DNA of 62,955 nt, filler included, from Chiloscyllium plagiosum (taxonomy: Eukaryota), in the NCBI RefSeq assembly GCF_004010195.1. It is 5 parts of one record of this genome, joined end to end, with 100 filler letters (N's around TTAATTAATTAA, not from the genome) between each part and the next. Parts side by side here need not be neighbours in the genome. Positions count along the whole stretch, not along the records: positions 26,915 to 54,275 come from NC_057715.1; 4 more parts are not named here. The stretch is one strand, 5' to 3'. This document shows, in pieces, positions 38,379 to 50,921 of the stretch. The translations under genes and the position numbers were made by a program. Every line of letters begins with the position of its first letter. Within the stretch, counting starts at the first letter, position 1. The notes under the pieces were generated by a model. That model had not been told where the DNA came from. It did no database searches and worked only from the letters and a program-made list of their open reading frames with translations.

Positions 38379-38678
38379 AGTCTACAGCTATTAACAAGAA
38401 ATGTTATATCATTAAAACAATAAGTCACTTCAAGAAGATGTGTAAAAATAGGTTGCAATTTTAGAGGTTGAATTTGCTGTCAGGACTCATTGTGTTGGTT
38501 TGTCAGGTATCATTTTAGGGTTGTTACACCCCAGACATGAATGGATTTGGTTGCTGCCATGGTCATAAGGTTGCCCCTCTCCTCTGTCTGAGATTTTTCC
38601 TGCTTTCTGCTTTCTGTAGAATCTGAATAACTTACTCCATTGTAAAATATTGTTTGGACTGGCATAAATCTGACAAAG

Positions 38679-40865
38679 GAGGAGAAAGTGAGGATTGCAG
38701 ATGCTGGAGATCAGAGTCGAGAGTGTGTTGCTGGAAAAGCACAGCCAGTCAGGAAGCATCCAAGGAGCAGAAGAATCGACGTTTCGGGCATAAGCCCTTC
38801 ATCAGGAATGAGGCTTGTGGGTCGGAGCTGAGGGATAAATGGGAGCAGGATGGGGTTGAGGAGAGGTAGCTGAGAAAGCGATAGGTGGGTGGAGGTGAGG
38901 GGGAAGACAAGAGGGGACAGTGATGAAGACGGGTCCAGAGGGCGGTGCCGAGTTGGAGGCTTGGGACTGATTTAGCTTGGGGGAGGGAAATGAGGAAGCT
39001 GTTGAAATCCATATTTGTTCTGTGTGGTTGCAGGGTCCTAAGGCAGAATATGAGGCGTTCCTCCTGCAGACGTCCGGTGGTAACGGTTTGGTGCTGGAGA
39101 AGGCCCAGGACCTGCATGTTCTTAACAGAGTGGGAGGGGGAGTTGGAGTGTTCATCCACAGAGTGGTGGGGTTGGTGGGTGCGGGTGTCCCAGGGATGTT
39201 CTCTGAAACGATCAGCAAGAAGGTGTTCTATCTCCCCGATGTACAGGAGAGCACACCAGGTGCAACGGATGCAGTAGATGACATTGGGAGAGGTGCAGGT
39301 GAATTTCTGACGGATATGGAAGGATCCCTTGGGGCCTTGGACAGAAGTGAGGGGAGTGGTGTGGGCTCAGGTTTTGCACTTCCTGTGGTGGCAGCAAAAG
39401 GTGCCAGGATTGGGGTGTGGGCTGGTAGGGAGTGTGGACCTGACGAGGGAGTTGCGGGGGGAATAATCTTTTTGGAACGCTGATAGGGGCGGAGAGGGAA
39501 ATATATCTCTGGTGGTGGGCTCCATATGGAGGTGGTGGAAGTGGTGGAGGATGATGCGTTGTATGCAGAGGTTTGTGGGGTTGAAGGTGAGGACTGGGGG
39601 TTTCTGTCTTTGTTGCTTTGCGATAGGTGGGGTTCAAGGGTGACTGTGCGTGAAGTGGAGGAGATGCTCTGGAGGGCATCGTCAACCACGTTATAGAGTC
39701 ATAGAGATGTACAGCATGGAAACAGACCCTTCGGTCCAACCCGTCCATGCCGACCAGATATCCCAACTCAATCTAGTCCCACCTGCCAATACCCGGCCCG
39801 TATCCCTCCAAACCCTTCCTGTTCATATACCCATCCAAATGCCTCTTAAATGTTGCAATTGTACCAGCCTCCACCACTTCCTCTCGGAAGGGAATTTGCG
39901 ATTGTGGAAGAAGACCATCTGGGACTTCCTGAGATGGAATTTGTTATCCTGGGAACAGGTGTGGTGGAGGCACAAGGGAATAAGGGATGGTGATTTTACA
40001 GGAGGTAGGGTGGGAGGAGGTGTATTCTAGGTAGCTGTGGGGGTTAGTGGGCCTATTGTATATGTCTGTGGTTAGTCGGTTGCCAGAGACAGTGATGGTG
40101 AGGTCCAGCAAGGGGAGGGAGGTTGCCGAGATGGTCTACACCCCACACCAGCCCACACCCTACTCCTGGCACCTTTCGCTGCCACTGCAGGAAGTATGAA
40201 ACCTATGCCCACACCTCACCCCTTCACCTCCACCCAAGGCCCCCAAAGAATCCTTTCACATCCATCAGAAATTCACCTGCATCTCTCCCAGTGTCATCTC
40301 CTGCATCCATTGCACCCGGTGTGGTCTCCTCTACATCGGGGAGACATGATGCCTTGTTGCAGATCATTTCAGAGAACATCTTTGAGACAACCACACCCAT
40401 CAATCCCACCACCCCGTGGATGAACACTTCAACTGCCCCTCCCACTCCGTCAAGAACATGCAGATCCTGGGCCTCCTCCACTGCCAAACCGTTACCACCC
40501 GACGTCTGGAGGAGGAACGCTTCATATTCTGTCTTGGGATCCTGTGACCACAGAGGACAAATGTGGATTTCAACAGCTTCCTCATTTCCCCTCCCCCCAC
40601 ATTAAATCAGTCCCAAGCCTCCAACTCGGTACAGCCCTCCAGACCCGTCCATCACTGACCCCTCTGACCTATCATCTTCTCCCTCACCTTCATCCACCTA
40701 TCACGTTCCCAACTACCTCCCTCCAACCTCACCCCACTCCCATTTATCTCTCAGCCCCAACCCACAAGCCTAATTCCTGATGAAGTGCTTTTGCCTGAAA
40801 CATTGATTCTCCTGCTCTTCGGATGCTGCCTGACCTGCTGTGGTTTTCCAGCACCACACTCTCGA
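38679..40865. mobile_element. PLE family 1 with inverted architecture (minus arm 38679-~40130, plus arm ~40135-40865), containing a CR1 3' fragment (~39690-39885)
   Basis: GIY-YIG peptides on both strands (GRLQEERLIFCLRTLQP). Family-1 pLTR at both ends. 16-bp TSD CATAAATCTGACAAAG at 38663-38678 and 40866-40881. Confidence 0.88.
38778..38805 (-). ncRNA. Minimal hammerhead ribozyme core (family 1)
   Basis: Reverse complement reads CTGATGA-A-GGGC-TTAT-GCCC-GAAA-CGTC. Confidence 0.75.
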
Positions 40866-42442
40866 CATAAATCTGACAAAGACTCATTAGTAATGTCAAC
40901 GACAATTTTGACTCTAATGACTCTTCAAAGTTTTATAGTCACAGTTTGGCACTAATCTGTAGAGATCAATGATATTAGTTATGAATTTTCCTAGGTATAG
41001 AACTCCTTTGTTAAAACTTTCTGTTTCAAGAATTTTATTTGTACTCAGATTAACATAATTGTCAAAAGCACATCAAAATTCATCAAAAGTACCTGTGTCT
41101 TCTGTTGTGCCTTGGCAAGTTACAATATCATCAGGGGGAAGTCCCATTGAATAGTATACTTATTTGATCAGCTTGTGATTTAGGATCAGTGGTGCTGGAA
41201 GAGCACAGCAATTCAGGCAGCATCCAACGAGCAGTGAAATCGACGTTTCGGGCAAAAGCCCTTCGGTCTAGTTTGGAGGAAATTCTAAATCTTAAGAACT
41301 GATTTCTCCAAGGGACCTGTTTCTTTGTTCTATTTGGTCGATTCATGATAAAAATCTGCCAGGCAGCATTATATCTTCTGCTACTTCTTGTTATTTTAAA
41401 ACCTTTTAATTTTTGTAACATCTCACTGCTGGTTTGTTAAGTTTCACAAGTGGATTTGTACTTTGTCAATGTTATTACATTTCCCTTTTCTTAAAAGCTT
41501 TTAAGTTGTGCTTAAACCAGTACTGGTTTATTTTACATCTTCGAAACTTCAAACTCAATAATCTACCAATGCTTATTTCTAGGCCCTGCTTATGTGGTTT
41601 CCCATGTATCTTTCTGCCCTGAATAAAGGTTTCTGAATCAGAAGTTTTGTTCCCTCCATAGGCAAAATTGAGGTTTCCTGTCTTTTTGTGAGCATAATCA
41701 AGAATTACCGCCCCACCTTCACCCACATTCCTAATCTTTATGGTTTAATAAATAACATCCATTCTTTTCCATGATCTTTCCTAATAAAAGCCAGTGCTTA
41801 AGGCCTTATTGAATTCTTCCCGTCTGAACCACAGTTTACGCTATTGATTTCCTACTCTTACAGCAACCTTAACAGTCTCTTTATTATCTTCTTCCATTAG
41901 AAGCTGTCTGTTTCTGTTTTTAAATGTCCCCTTTCTCATTCTAATTCCAGGTTCATTTGCTGGGACCCGTGTTGAGCAGTAGGCATTCTTTTTCAGGTTG
42001 AGCTTTCTCAACCTGTTCCACAGCCTTAAATTGATGTTTTTCCCTTGCCCCACAGGGATCTTTAACTTTACTCACAGAGCTCTGATGCCTTTTCACATCC
42101 TTGCTGAACCTGTAACTGGGACTGCTTGTACAGATCCTCATTTCCCGATGGGATCAGTAATTGCACAGTGAGACTAGCTTTGAGCTCACATTTGCTTCCC
42201 CTCCTGGGTCTGATGTAAAGGCTTTAACATTAAGTGCTGGTTCTCCCTTTGGTAATCTTTCCATGAGTTTGTCTCTGGGCTGTTTGACTGTCCAGCTGCT
42301 GTGGCTGATGACTTTATCAGTAATTCTTAAAAACACAAGGTCTTTAAAGTTCCATTGTCCATTACTGCTCCTGAGTCTACTGGAATTGTCTGATCTCACC
42401 AGAATTCTCTCCGTTCTTATCTTGTGGGAACAGGCAATGATG

Positions 42443-42458
42443 CCCACCACTGCTACCA
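42443..42458 (-). other. Primer-binding site resembling the tRNA-iMet complement
   Basis: Minus strand reads ..ACAACA|TGGTAGCAGTGGTGGG, against the tRNA-iMet complement TGGTAGCAGAGGATGG. The first 9 nt are exact and 13 of 16 match. Confidence 0.6.
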
Positions 42459-42882
42459 TGTTGTATGGAGCAGCTAATTTGAGTTCCAACTGCACTACTG
42501 ATCACCATGTGCTATGATGCAAATCACTACCAACTTAGGCTTGGGGGAGTTGGCTGCCACTAACCCCTTTCCCTCACTGGGTGTGAAAGGCCCACTTGTT
42601 TTACAGTAAAAGATGGAAGCCACTAGTGAGTCCTCATTCCTCTCTCTCTCCAATGTGTACTCTTGCGGATCCACTGCCTCTCCTCTCTCAGGTAACTGTA
42701 GGCCTGAGCTTTGCTCTGTTTATTCCTCTAACTCTCTGCTGTGTTCCTTCATAGGTCCATTGCTCTGCTCTTTCCCAGGCATTGAGCCTCGTTCAGTATG
42801 CCCCTCTCTATCGCTCTTTATTGGGTTCCCTCACAGGTCCACATGCTCCACTCTCGATATGTTTTTCTCTTCTCCATAATCA
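42459..42882 (-). mobile_element. Putative 5' LTR of the Gypsy element
   Basis: Minus strand starts TGATTATGGAG and ends CTCCATACAACA (imperfect TG..CA inverted termini). The PBS follows immediately and gag lies downstream. Confidence 0.5.
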
Positions 42883-44254
42883 TGATGTGGCACCTTGATT
42901 TCCACCACCCTCTCACCAGTCTCTGACCTTCCCTTGTTTTCCACTTGGTCCTTCCCAACTTTTTCAATCTTTCTTTTCAGTTCTGAAGATAGTCATATTG
43001 GACTCAAAACATCTCTGTGGATACTTTCAGGTCTGCTGGGTTTCTCCAGCCTATTTCTGTTTCTCTTTGGGTTCCATGGTGGCAATAGTAGTGTTTTCCA
43101 GGAATCAACACTTCTGAGTTAAATGGCCCTTCGTCATACATTATATTTTGCAATAATTATTTGGCTTAGAGCAACACACCTTCACAAATGGAAATCATAC
43201 TGAGTGCAGAGACTGTTTAAGATAGCAATGCATTTGCAATTCTTCTGCCGAGTTAAGGTTGAACCTTCATGGTGATTGAATTAAAACAGATCCTGATTCT
43301 CACACACAGAACCACCAGAATTTCGAGAGTCTCATTCCACAATTCTATTCCTTTTTCTGTAAAACAGTAAATCAATTGCCTTAACGAGCTTCCATAAATA
43401 AAGGATAGACGTGGTGCCATGGTATTATCCAATTATGCACATTAATTTATTAAAATACCTCACTCGCATAAAATGATTTTGTTCGAGAATAAGTTATAAA
43501 CAAACAATCAGTCTGCCCCAATTATGGCTACTTACCAAATGAAGAAATGTGTGCTCAATCTAAATCCCCAGATGAAAACACTTGACTGTGTAATATTCCA
43601 GATGTACCTAATATCCTGGAACACAATACAATTTACACTAAATTGCTCTGCATACCACTTGTCTTACTTCCTTCGCTTGGAACATATATATTTCTTTATG
43701 ATGGTAACAATATTCATTGTCTCAGTTCCCGAATGTAAACTCACTCATTTGTGATGGTAACCACTGAACACATGCCTCAAATTGACAAACAAGCAAAAAA
43801 GCGTTCATGTGTATGTACATTTAAAGGGGCCCTGTCAGCTATTAACAATGATTTTAAATGCAGTTAAAAATGGAAAGTGGTGGAAGTACTGAGCAGCCCC
43901 ACCAGCATCTGTAAAGACAGACTGGATTCTCTTGCTCATTCAGCCTGTCTCCCACAGTTATGAAATCTTGTTTTCTCCACTTCACTTGAAGGCCACCAGA
44001 TGTTCTTGGATGTACATTCTAATCATAGAATCCCTACAGTGTGGAAGCAGGCCTTTCAGCCCATCGGGTTGACAGTGACCTTCTGAACAGCATCCCACCC
44101 AAACCCACCTCCCTATTCAATCCATATAAGCCTGCCTTTCCCATGGCTAATCCACCTAGTCTGCACATCCCTGGGCACTATTGGCAATTTAGCATGGTCA
44201 AAAGGACATTAGTGAACGAGATAAGTGTGAACACACTGTTGGATTGCATGTACA

Positions 44255-44916
44255 TTGATCCCTTAAAGTTGCCACTCAGGTTGATAGGGTTGTTAAGAAG
44301 GCATACGGTGTGTTAGTGTTTATTGGTAAAGGGGTTGAGTTTCAGAGCTATGAGGTCATGCTGCAGCTGTATAAAACTCTGGTACGGCCACACTTAGAGT
44401 ATTGTGTTCAGTTCTGGTGATCGCATTATCGGAAGGATGTGGAAGCTATGGAAAGGGTTCAGAGCAGATTTACTAGGATGTTGCCTGGTATGGTGGGAAA
44501 GTCTTACGAGAAAGGCTGAGGGACTTGAGGCTGTTTTTGTTAGAGAAAAGAAGGTTGAGAGGTGACTTAATTAAGACATATAAGATAATCGGAGGGTTAG
44601 ATAAGATGGACAGTGAGAGCCTTTTTCCTCAAATGGTGATGGCTAGCATGAGGGGCCATAGCTTTAAATTGAGGGGCGATAGATATAGGACAGATGTCAG
44701 AGGTAGTTTCTTAACTCAGCGAGTAGTAGGGCTTGGAACGCCCTGCCTGCAACAGTAGCAGACTCGCCAACTTTAAAGGCATTTAAATGGTCATTGGATA
44801 GACATATGGATGAAAATGGAATATTGTAGGTTAGATGGACTTCAGATTGGTTTCACAGGTCAGAGCAACATCGAGGGCTGAAGGGCCTGTACCCCACTGT
44901 AATATTCTATGTTCTA
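44255..44916 (+). mobile_element. CR1 LINE 3' fragment
   Basis: LKVATQVDRVVKKAYG..LEKRRLRGDLIKTYKII..MRGHSFKLRG; TATGTTC tail. Confidence 0.85.
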
Positions 44917-45034
44917 TTAATGTACATTCCCCATTTCTCCTTTCAGAGAAAGGAGATCCATGATCCAAATCTCCTTTCAGAAATCTGGAAATCTTTCTTA
45001 ACATAAAGTCGGAGCAGAGTATCAATCTAACCAG

Positions 45035-45800
45035 GAACCATAGAAATGATGCAGCGCAGAAGGTGGGTATTTGGCCCATCTTGCCCCTGCTGACCCAAAG
45101 AAACCCAGATGCCCTTTCTAATCCCATCTTCCTGCACACGGCCCACAGCCCTGCAACTTACAGCATTTAAAGTGCAGATCCAGGTACTTTTTGACAAAGT
45201 CTAGAGTCTCCCCCTCCACCACCAACTCAGGCAGCAATTTCCAGACACCCACCAGTCTCTGCATAAAAAAGCTCTTCTCCCCATCTCCTCTAAATCTGCC
45301 ATTTGCTTGAATCTATGACCCCTGGATTTTGAGTTCTCTGCCAGGGGAAATTGGTTTCTCCTGTCTATTCTGTTTCTACCCCTCACAATTGTGTACACTG
45401 CAATCGTATCACATCTTAGCCTACTCTGTTCCAAGGAAAACAACCCTAAGGTTTCTAATCTCTCCTCGTAGCCTCAATTCTCCAGCCTTGGCAACATTCT
45501 AGTAAATTTTCTATGCAATTACCTCCATTCTATAATGTGGTGACCAGAACTGGACACAATACTCCAGCTGTGGCCTCACCAGTGTCCTCTGCAGTTTTAT
45601 TATTACATTCCTTCGTCTATACCTCTGCCAATGAAGATGAGCATTCCATATGCCTTCTTAACCTTATCTTCTTTTAGTGACCCATGTACATGCACACCAA
45701 GATCTCTCACTTCATCTGTTGCTCTGAATATATTCCCATTTATTGTGTATTTCCTTTTCCTGCTTGACCTCCTGAAATGCATTACCTCACGCTTATAAGT
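45035..45800 (-). mobile_element. CR1 LINE 3' fragment
   Basis: EVMHFRRS..RDLGVHVHGSLK..KKAYGMLIFIGRGI and FSLEQSRLR..SRGHRFK. Confidence 0.8.
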
Positions 45801-47096
45801 GACTGCCACTCCTCGGAAAATCTGACCCAAATTATCAGCCTAGATTATGCACTCAGACCTCTGGAATGACTTGAATGCACAACTGACTAATCTAGCCGGA
45901 GGCTAACATGTAAAGGACAGGCTTGTCATTCTCTTTGGTTCCAATGAAGCATTTATCCCTTGAACATATAATTTCCTTGAACTCTTTGCTTAGTATTTCT
46001 GACAACCTTTTATTTATACTTTAGATTTTTGTTATGGTTTTTTGTTCTCTTTTTAATTTTAAGTAATTTGGTCAAATGATTAAACAAACATTCTTTGAAG
46101 GAACTCTACATCTCAGCCTTCTGAGATGTGGAATAAAAGGAAAACATTTTTGTTTAAAACAACCGTTCTCCTCCTGCAAGTTTTCTCCTGTCCCTCCTGG
46201 GAGCAGTTTTTAATCGTTTTAATATAATTTGTACTAGAATAAAAACAAAGAAACTAGTTTGGTGTAACTATTACAGCATGTTGAATACTGTTGATGAAAG
46301 ATCATGCAAATTCTATTTTCTTTTCCTAATGAAGCGGCTATAATTTGCATTAGCTGTGTTTATCTTCAAGCATGGCACATTAAAGAATATTATTACTCAA
46401 AAGCATAACTTGTTTTCTCTTTCGAAACCCTGTATTTAAAATTTCAATTATTTTTTATTATCGCAGGACTTAATCTGTCCCTGTGGCTCAGAGACAAAGT
46501 GGCCCTGATTTTAACTCCACTCTCACTCTTCCTGGCAGGAATACATTTGTGGGGGATTTCAAAACGAAGAGGGTCAATTACATTGCTCCATTGATCCCGC
46601 TACCTTCCTGCTGTGATATTGACCCATTACTTGGGAACAGGGATTTTTCAATATGCAGATCAGCTCACATAATGTAATTGAGAATTGACTGCAATTTTAA
46701 TCTGAGCTCTGAATGGGGAAGTAGTGGTGACTCAGTCAGTTCGGATTTTCGTCAGAGGAAGAGTCATCAATCTGAAGGTGGTATAGAAGTAAGTTTGAAG
46801 GTCAAGGTCAAGGTTAAGCAAGAGTGGGTATTATATACACAGTAGTGATCACTATTATTATTTAGGGCTGCAACTGAACACAGGCCCTTGGGCCATAGTG
46901 TTCCTTCCATATCTCTCTACCCATTGCATATTCTTCTCTTTGACAATAATTTCCTTCAGTTTTCCAACTGCTCAAAATGAATATACTTTTTCTTTCCATT
47001 TATCTTGAAAATCTTCCATTCACTTCATATTTTACAAGTCCATTATCTCTTAAAATATGTTTGGCCAATAGTCCTGCCTTTTCCTAATTGTATTTG

Positions 47097-47339
47097 GGTG
47101 ACTGTCTGTGTGGAGTATGCACGTTCTCCCTGTGTCTGCGTGGGTTTCCTCTGGGTGCTCCGGTTTCCTCCCACACTCCAAAGGTGTGCAGGTCAGGTGA
47201 ATTGGCCATGCTAAATTGCCCATAGTGTTAGGTACATTAGTCAGAGGGAAATGGGACTGGGTGGGTTACTCTTCAGAGGGTCGGTGTGGACTTGTTGGGC
47301 CGAAGGGCCTGTTTCCACACTGAAGGGAATCTAATCTAA
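47097..47339 (+). mobile_element. HE1-type V-SINE, 5'-truncated
   Basis: V-domain and tail as in the other copies. Confidence 0.85.
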
Positions 47340-48889
47340 AATTCCTTGTTCATTTGTTGTTCATAAAATGTCTTCATTTTTCTGTCCAGCTGATATTTTC
47401 CATTCTCCTTGAAACCCACTTTCCAAAGTTATTTTGAAAGTTTGACTATGTCTTCCATAATGTTCGCACCTCATGTCCGAGATAACGTTTGGAATCAATT
47501 TTAATTAACGTTAAAATTTCTCATTGGATTTCTCTCATTGAGCCTTGGCACAGTAGGTCAGAGGTATCCTCTGATACCATACCAGACCATGGGCTTGAAC
47601 ACATCTGCCACTTGTGCAGCTTAGAAACAGTCACCCTTACAAATAGTGTTCCCGGAATTATTATTAATTGTCACACCTATCTGGTTCACTAATGTTGTTT
47701 TGAGATGGAAATCTGCCAGCCTAATCCTGTCTGGCCGACATGTTAAATCATAGAATCCCTACAGTGTGGAAACTGTCCATTTAGCCTAACAGGTCCACAC
47801 CAACCCTTCAAAGAGTATCCCACCCAAACCCATTCCCCTACCCTATTAGTCTCTGTTGTACCTCCATATTGTGAATACAGCATCTTTTATTTCACTTTAT
47901 TTTTAATTGTCGACTGAATTGAGAAATGGACTGCTTTGTAACAAAGATAATGTTATGTTGATATAGCCCCAGAGGTCTATAGGGCTGCAGTCTCAATAGG
48001 GCGATGAGCTTAACCTGAGGGCCACCATATCTTAGGCAACAGGTGAGATCAAAAGACAGGATTTTCATGCTAACCTGCAACAAAGGACTGAGGAAGGAAT
48101 TGCTTTGCAAATATTAGGAGAGGGTTTACCAGTTGGCAGCATGGCACCAAGGTGAGTATACAAAGTGAGAATCAGTTGACAACAGCTTGCTGATTGGTTT
48201 GTGGTATTGTGACCAGTCAGGATTCTCTGAGTGATTCAAGGCAGCTAAACAGCTTGTGGGTTTGATCAGTACAGTGAGAAGGTTTTGGACTTCTGGAAGG
48301 GTTATTGTCCTGATCTCTCTTTACTGAAAATACCTGAAGCTAAACAAAGTTTTCTCCCATCAGTTGCTGTAGGCTGCTGCTTTTAACCAATAAATCAGAG
48401 ACTTTATAATTTGATCTGTATCTCCTGTGAAGAAATGAAAGAACCAGCAGGAAAAGATCAGGGAACTGGATGATTTGCGAAACAAATGAACATCCCCTTG
48501 AATCCTGTGGACTGGTGCTATTAATATTGCTTTCCCCATGCTTTTCTTCCCTCCCATTTTTTTTATCTGAGTCTGTGTGCGTGTATTGGAGATTTTAAGA
48601 ACAGCATTAGAGTTTTAACTAGTAGAATTATATGTTGACAATTCATAGCTGTTTACCTGTGGTTGGGATCTATTTATTTTTAATAAATAATAGTTCTTGT
48701 TAAGTTCAGCTACTGGTCAATGTATTCTGTGAACTCGACATATCAGACATATATTTTGTAAACTTTGCACAACTTGATATAACATTTTTAACTTTTGTGA
48801 TGACTCTGGGAAGAGTTATCATGATTTACAGCGAACAATGCCAATGAGGCATAATACTATGCATAGAAATAATTGTCCTCTGAAACATC

Positions 48890-50620
48890 TAGGAGATAGG
48901 TGGAGGAACAAGTAATGTTGAGGGACCAGAGAGACTGAAGAAGGATTTAGACAGGCTAGGAGAGTAGACAAATAAGTGGCAGATGCAATACAATGTAGGG
49001 AAGTGTGAGGTTATGCACGTTGGCAGGAAGAATAGAGATGTTGACTATTTTCTAAATGGGGCAAAGCATCAGAAATCTGAAGCACAAAGGGACTTAAGGG
49101 ATTCCTGAACTAGAACTTTTAAGATTAACATGCAGATTCAGTTAGCAGTGAGGAAAGCAATTGCAATGCTAGCATTCATTTCAAAAGGGCTTGAATGCAA
49201 GAACAGGGATGTACTTCTGAGGCTGTATAAGGGGTTGAGTTTAAAAGCAGAGAGGTAATATTACAGATGTACAAGGTATTGGTGAGACCACACCTGGAGT
49301 ACTGTGTGCAGATTTGGTCTCCTTACTTAAGAAAGGATGTACTGGCACTGGAGGGGGTGCAGAGGAGGTTCACTAGGTTGTTTCCGGAGTTGAGGGGGTT
49401 GGCTTTTGAGAAGAGGCTGAGTAGATTGGGATTATATTCATTTGTATTCAGAAGAATGTGGGGGTTCTGACAGAAACATATATAAGTATGAAGGGAATCG
49501 ATAAAATAGAAATAGATAAGATGTTTCCACTGGCAGGTGAAGCTAGGACAAGAGGGCATGGTCTCAAGCTGAGAGGGAGCAGGTTTAGAACTGAACTGAG
49601 AAGGAACTTCTTCAACCTGAGGATTGTTCAGCTATGAAATTCCTTGTTCAGGGAAGTAGGTGATGCTACTCCAGTAATCACTTTTAAAACTGAAGTAGAT
49701 ACTTTTTTGAAAAATAAAGGAATTAATGGATATGGTGAAAATGCAGGTAAATGGAGCTGAGTCCACGGAAAGATTAGCCATGATCTTATTGAATGGCGGA
49801 GCAGACTCAAAGGGACAGACGACCTACTCCTGCTCCTAGTTCTTATGTTCTTAATTTCCTATAAGGCTCTGGTCAGACTGCATTTGGGATATTGTGAACA
49901 GTTTTGAGTCCTGTACATAGGGAAGAGTATGCTGGCATTGGAGGGGGTCCACAGGAGGGTTACAAGAATGATCATGGGGATGAAGGGCTTGTCATATGAG
50001 GAACGATTGAGAACTCTGGGTCTGTGCTCGATGGACACAAAGCCAGAAGTTGCTGGAAAAACTCAGCAGGCCTGGCAGCATTTGCGAAGAGAAATCAGAG
50101 TTAATGTTTAGGGTCTGGTGACCCACTGGATCCAGAATGTTAACTCTGATTTCTCTTCACAGATTCTGCCAGATCTGCTGAGCTTTTCCAGCAACTTCTG
50201 TTTTTATTTCGGATTTCCAGCATCCACAGTTCTTTCGGTTTTTATTCTGTACTCGATGGAATTTGGAAGGAGAAGGGTTCTGATTGAAACTTACAAAATA
50301 CTGAGAGGCCCTCATAGAGTGAACGTGGAAAATATGTTTCTACCAGTAGGAGAGACTAGGAGCTGAAGGTATAACCTCAAAGTGAAGGAGTGAATCTTTA
50401 GAACTGAGATGAGGAGGAATTAGTCAGAGGCTGGTGAATCTGTGGGAGTATTTGTCACAGAAGACTGTAGAAGCCAAGTCATTGAATGTATTTCAGACAG
50501 AGATAGATAGGTTCTTGATAGTCAGGGGATTAAAGGTTATGGGGAGAAGACAGCAGAATGTAGTTGAGAAGCACACCAATCAAGATCGAATGGCTGAACA
50601 GATGTGATGGGCCGACTGGC
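48890..50620 (+). mobile_element. Nested CR1 RT/3' fragments (one CR1 3' end at ~49235-49852 inside another)
   Basis: KWQMQYNVGKCEVMHVG, YKVLVRPHLEYCVQIWSP and LALEGVHRRVTRMI motifs; internal (GTTCTTAT) tail at about 49850. Confidence 0.8.
50036..50245. mobile_element. PLE family-3 fold-back mini-element
   Basis: Inverted arms CAGAAGTTGCTGGAAAAACTCAGCAG / CTGCTGAGCTTTTCCAGCAACTTCTG. 15-bp TSD TCTGT(G/A)CTCGATGGA at 50021-50035 and 50246-50260. Confidence 0.8.
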
Positions 50621-50921
50621 TGAATTCTGCATCGATTTTTCATTACAAGGGCAATTGGAGATGAGTAACAACTGCTGACCTTGCCGGCTACATCCATGTC
50701 TTATAAAATAATGAAAAACATCCAGAAATGCAATGTTGCTATAGAAAGACAGATGCTGATTCTCTAAGTCTGCTATAAGGTCTGACACAAACTCACCAAA
50801 GCTCTTGTGACAAGACGGGAATAGTGCTAAAGGCTCAGAAGACAGATTTTTTGCCACACCACGCTGTGTTCTGCCTCACAACTCACAAGAGTGACAAAGC
50901 ATTGGCTTCAGCACAGCATGG

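Larger units (their letters stand above)
38500..41380 (-). pseudogene. Gypsy-type LTR retrotransposon gag remnant, split by two PLE insertions (38679-40865 and ~41184-41264)
   Basis: Reconstructed across the insertions with frameshifts: WRNQFLRFRISSKLD / KSQADQISIL-YSMGLPPDDIV..TFDEF*CAFDNYVNLSTNKILETESFNKG..IIDLYRLVPNCDYKTL / RVIRVKIVVDITNESLSDLCQSKQYFTME*VIQILQKAE. This matches the Gypsy gag pattern W.RRF.RFRIAS.L..QV.TLLY.MG..F..YF....N...ER..F..R......FI.DL..LAE.C.Y..L...IRDRIVVGI.D..LS..LQ....LTLEKAI. Confidence 0.75.

Noticed and set aside
41400..42495. Minus-strand peptides (RTERILVRSDNSSRLR, PGIRMRKG, GGNK, REEF) superficially resembling orthomyxovirus PB2/PB1/NP or DIRS/hepadnavirus RNase H
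   Set aside because: Motif order and spacing do not fit any one of those proteins. The segment lies between a PBS and a Gypsy gag, so an LTR-element leader explains it better.
48200..48860. Possible solo LTR (also 61480-62340)
   Set aside because: The composition is LTR-like, but I could not verify a second copy, PBS, PPT or TSD within the window.
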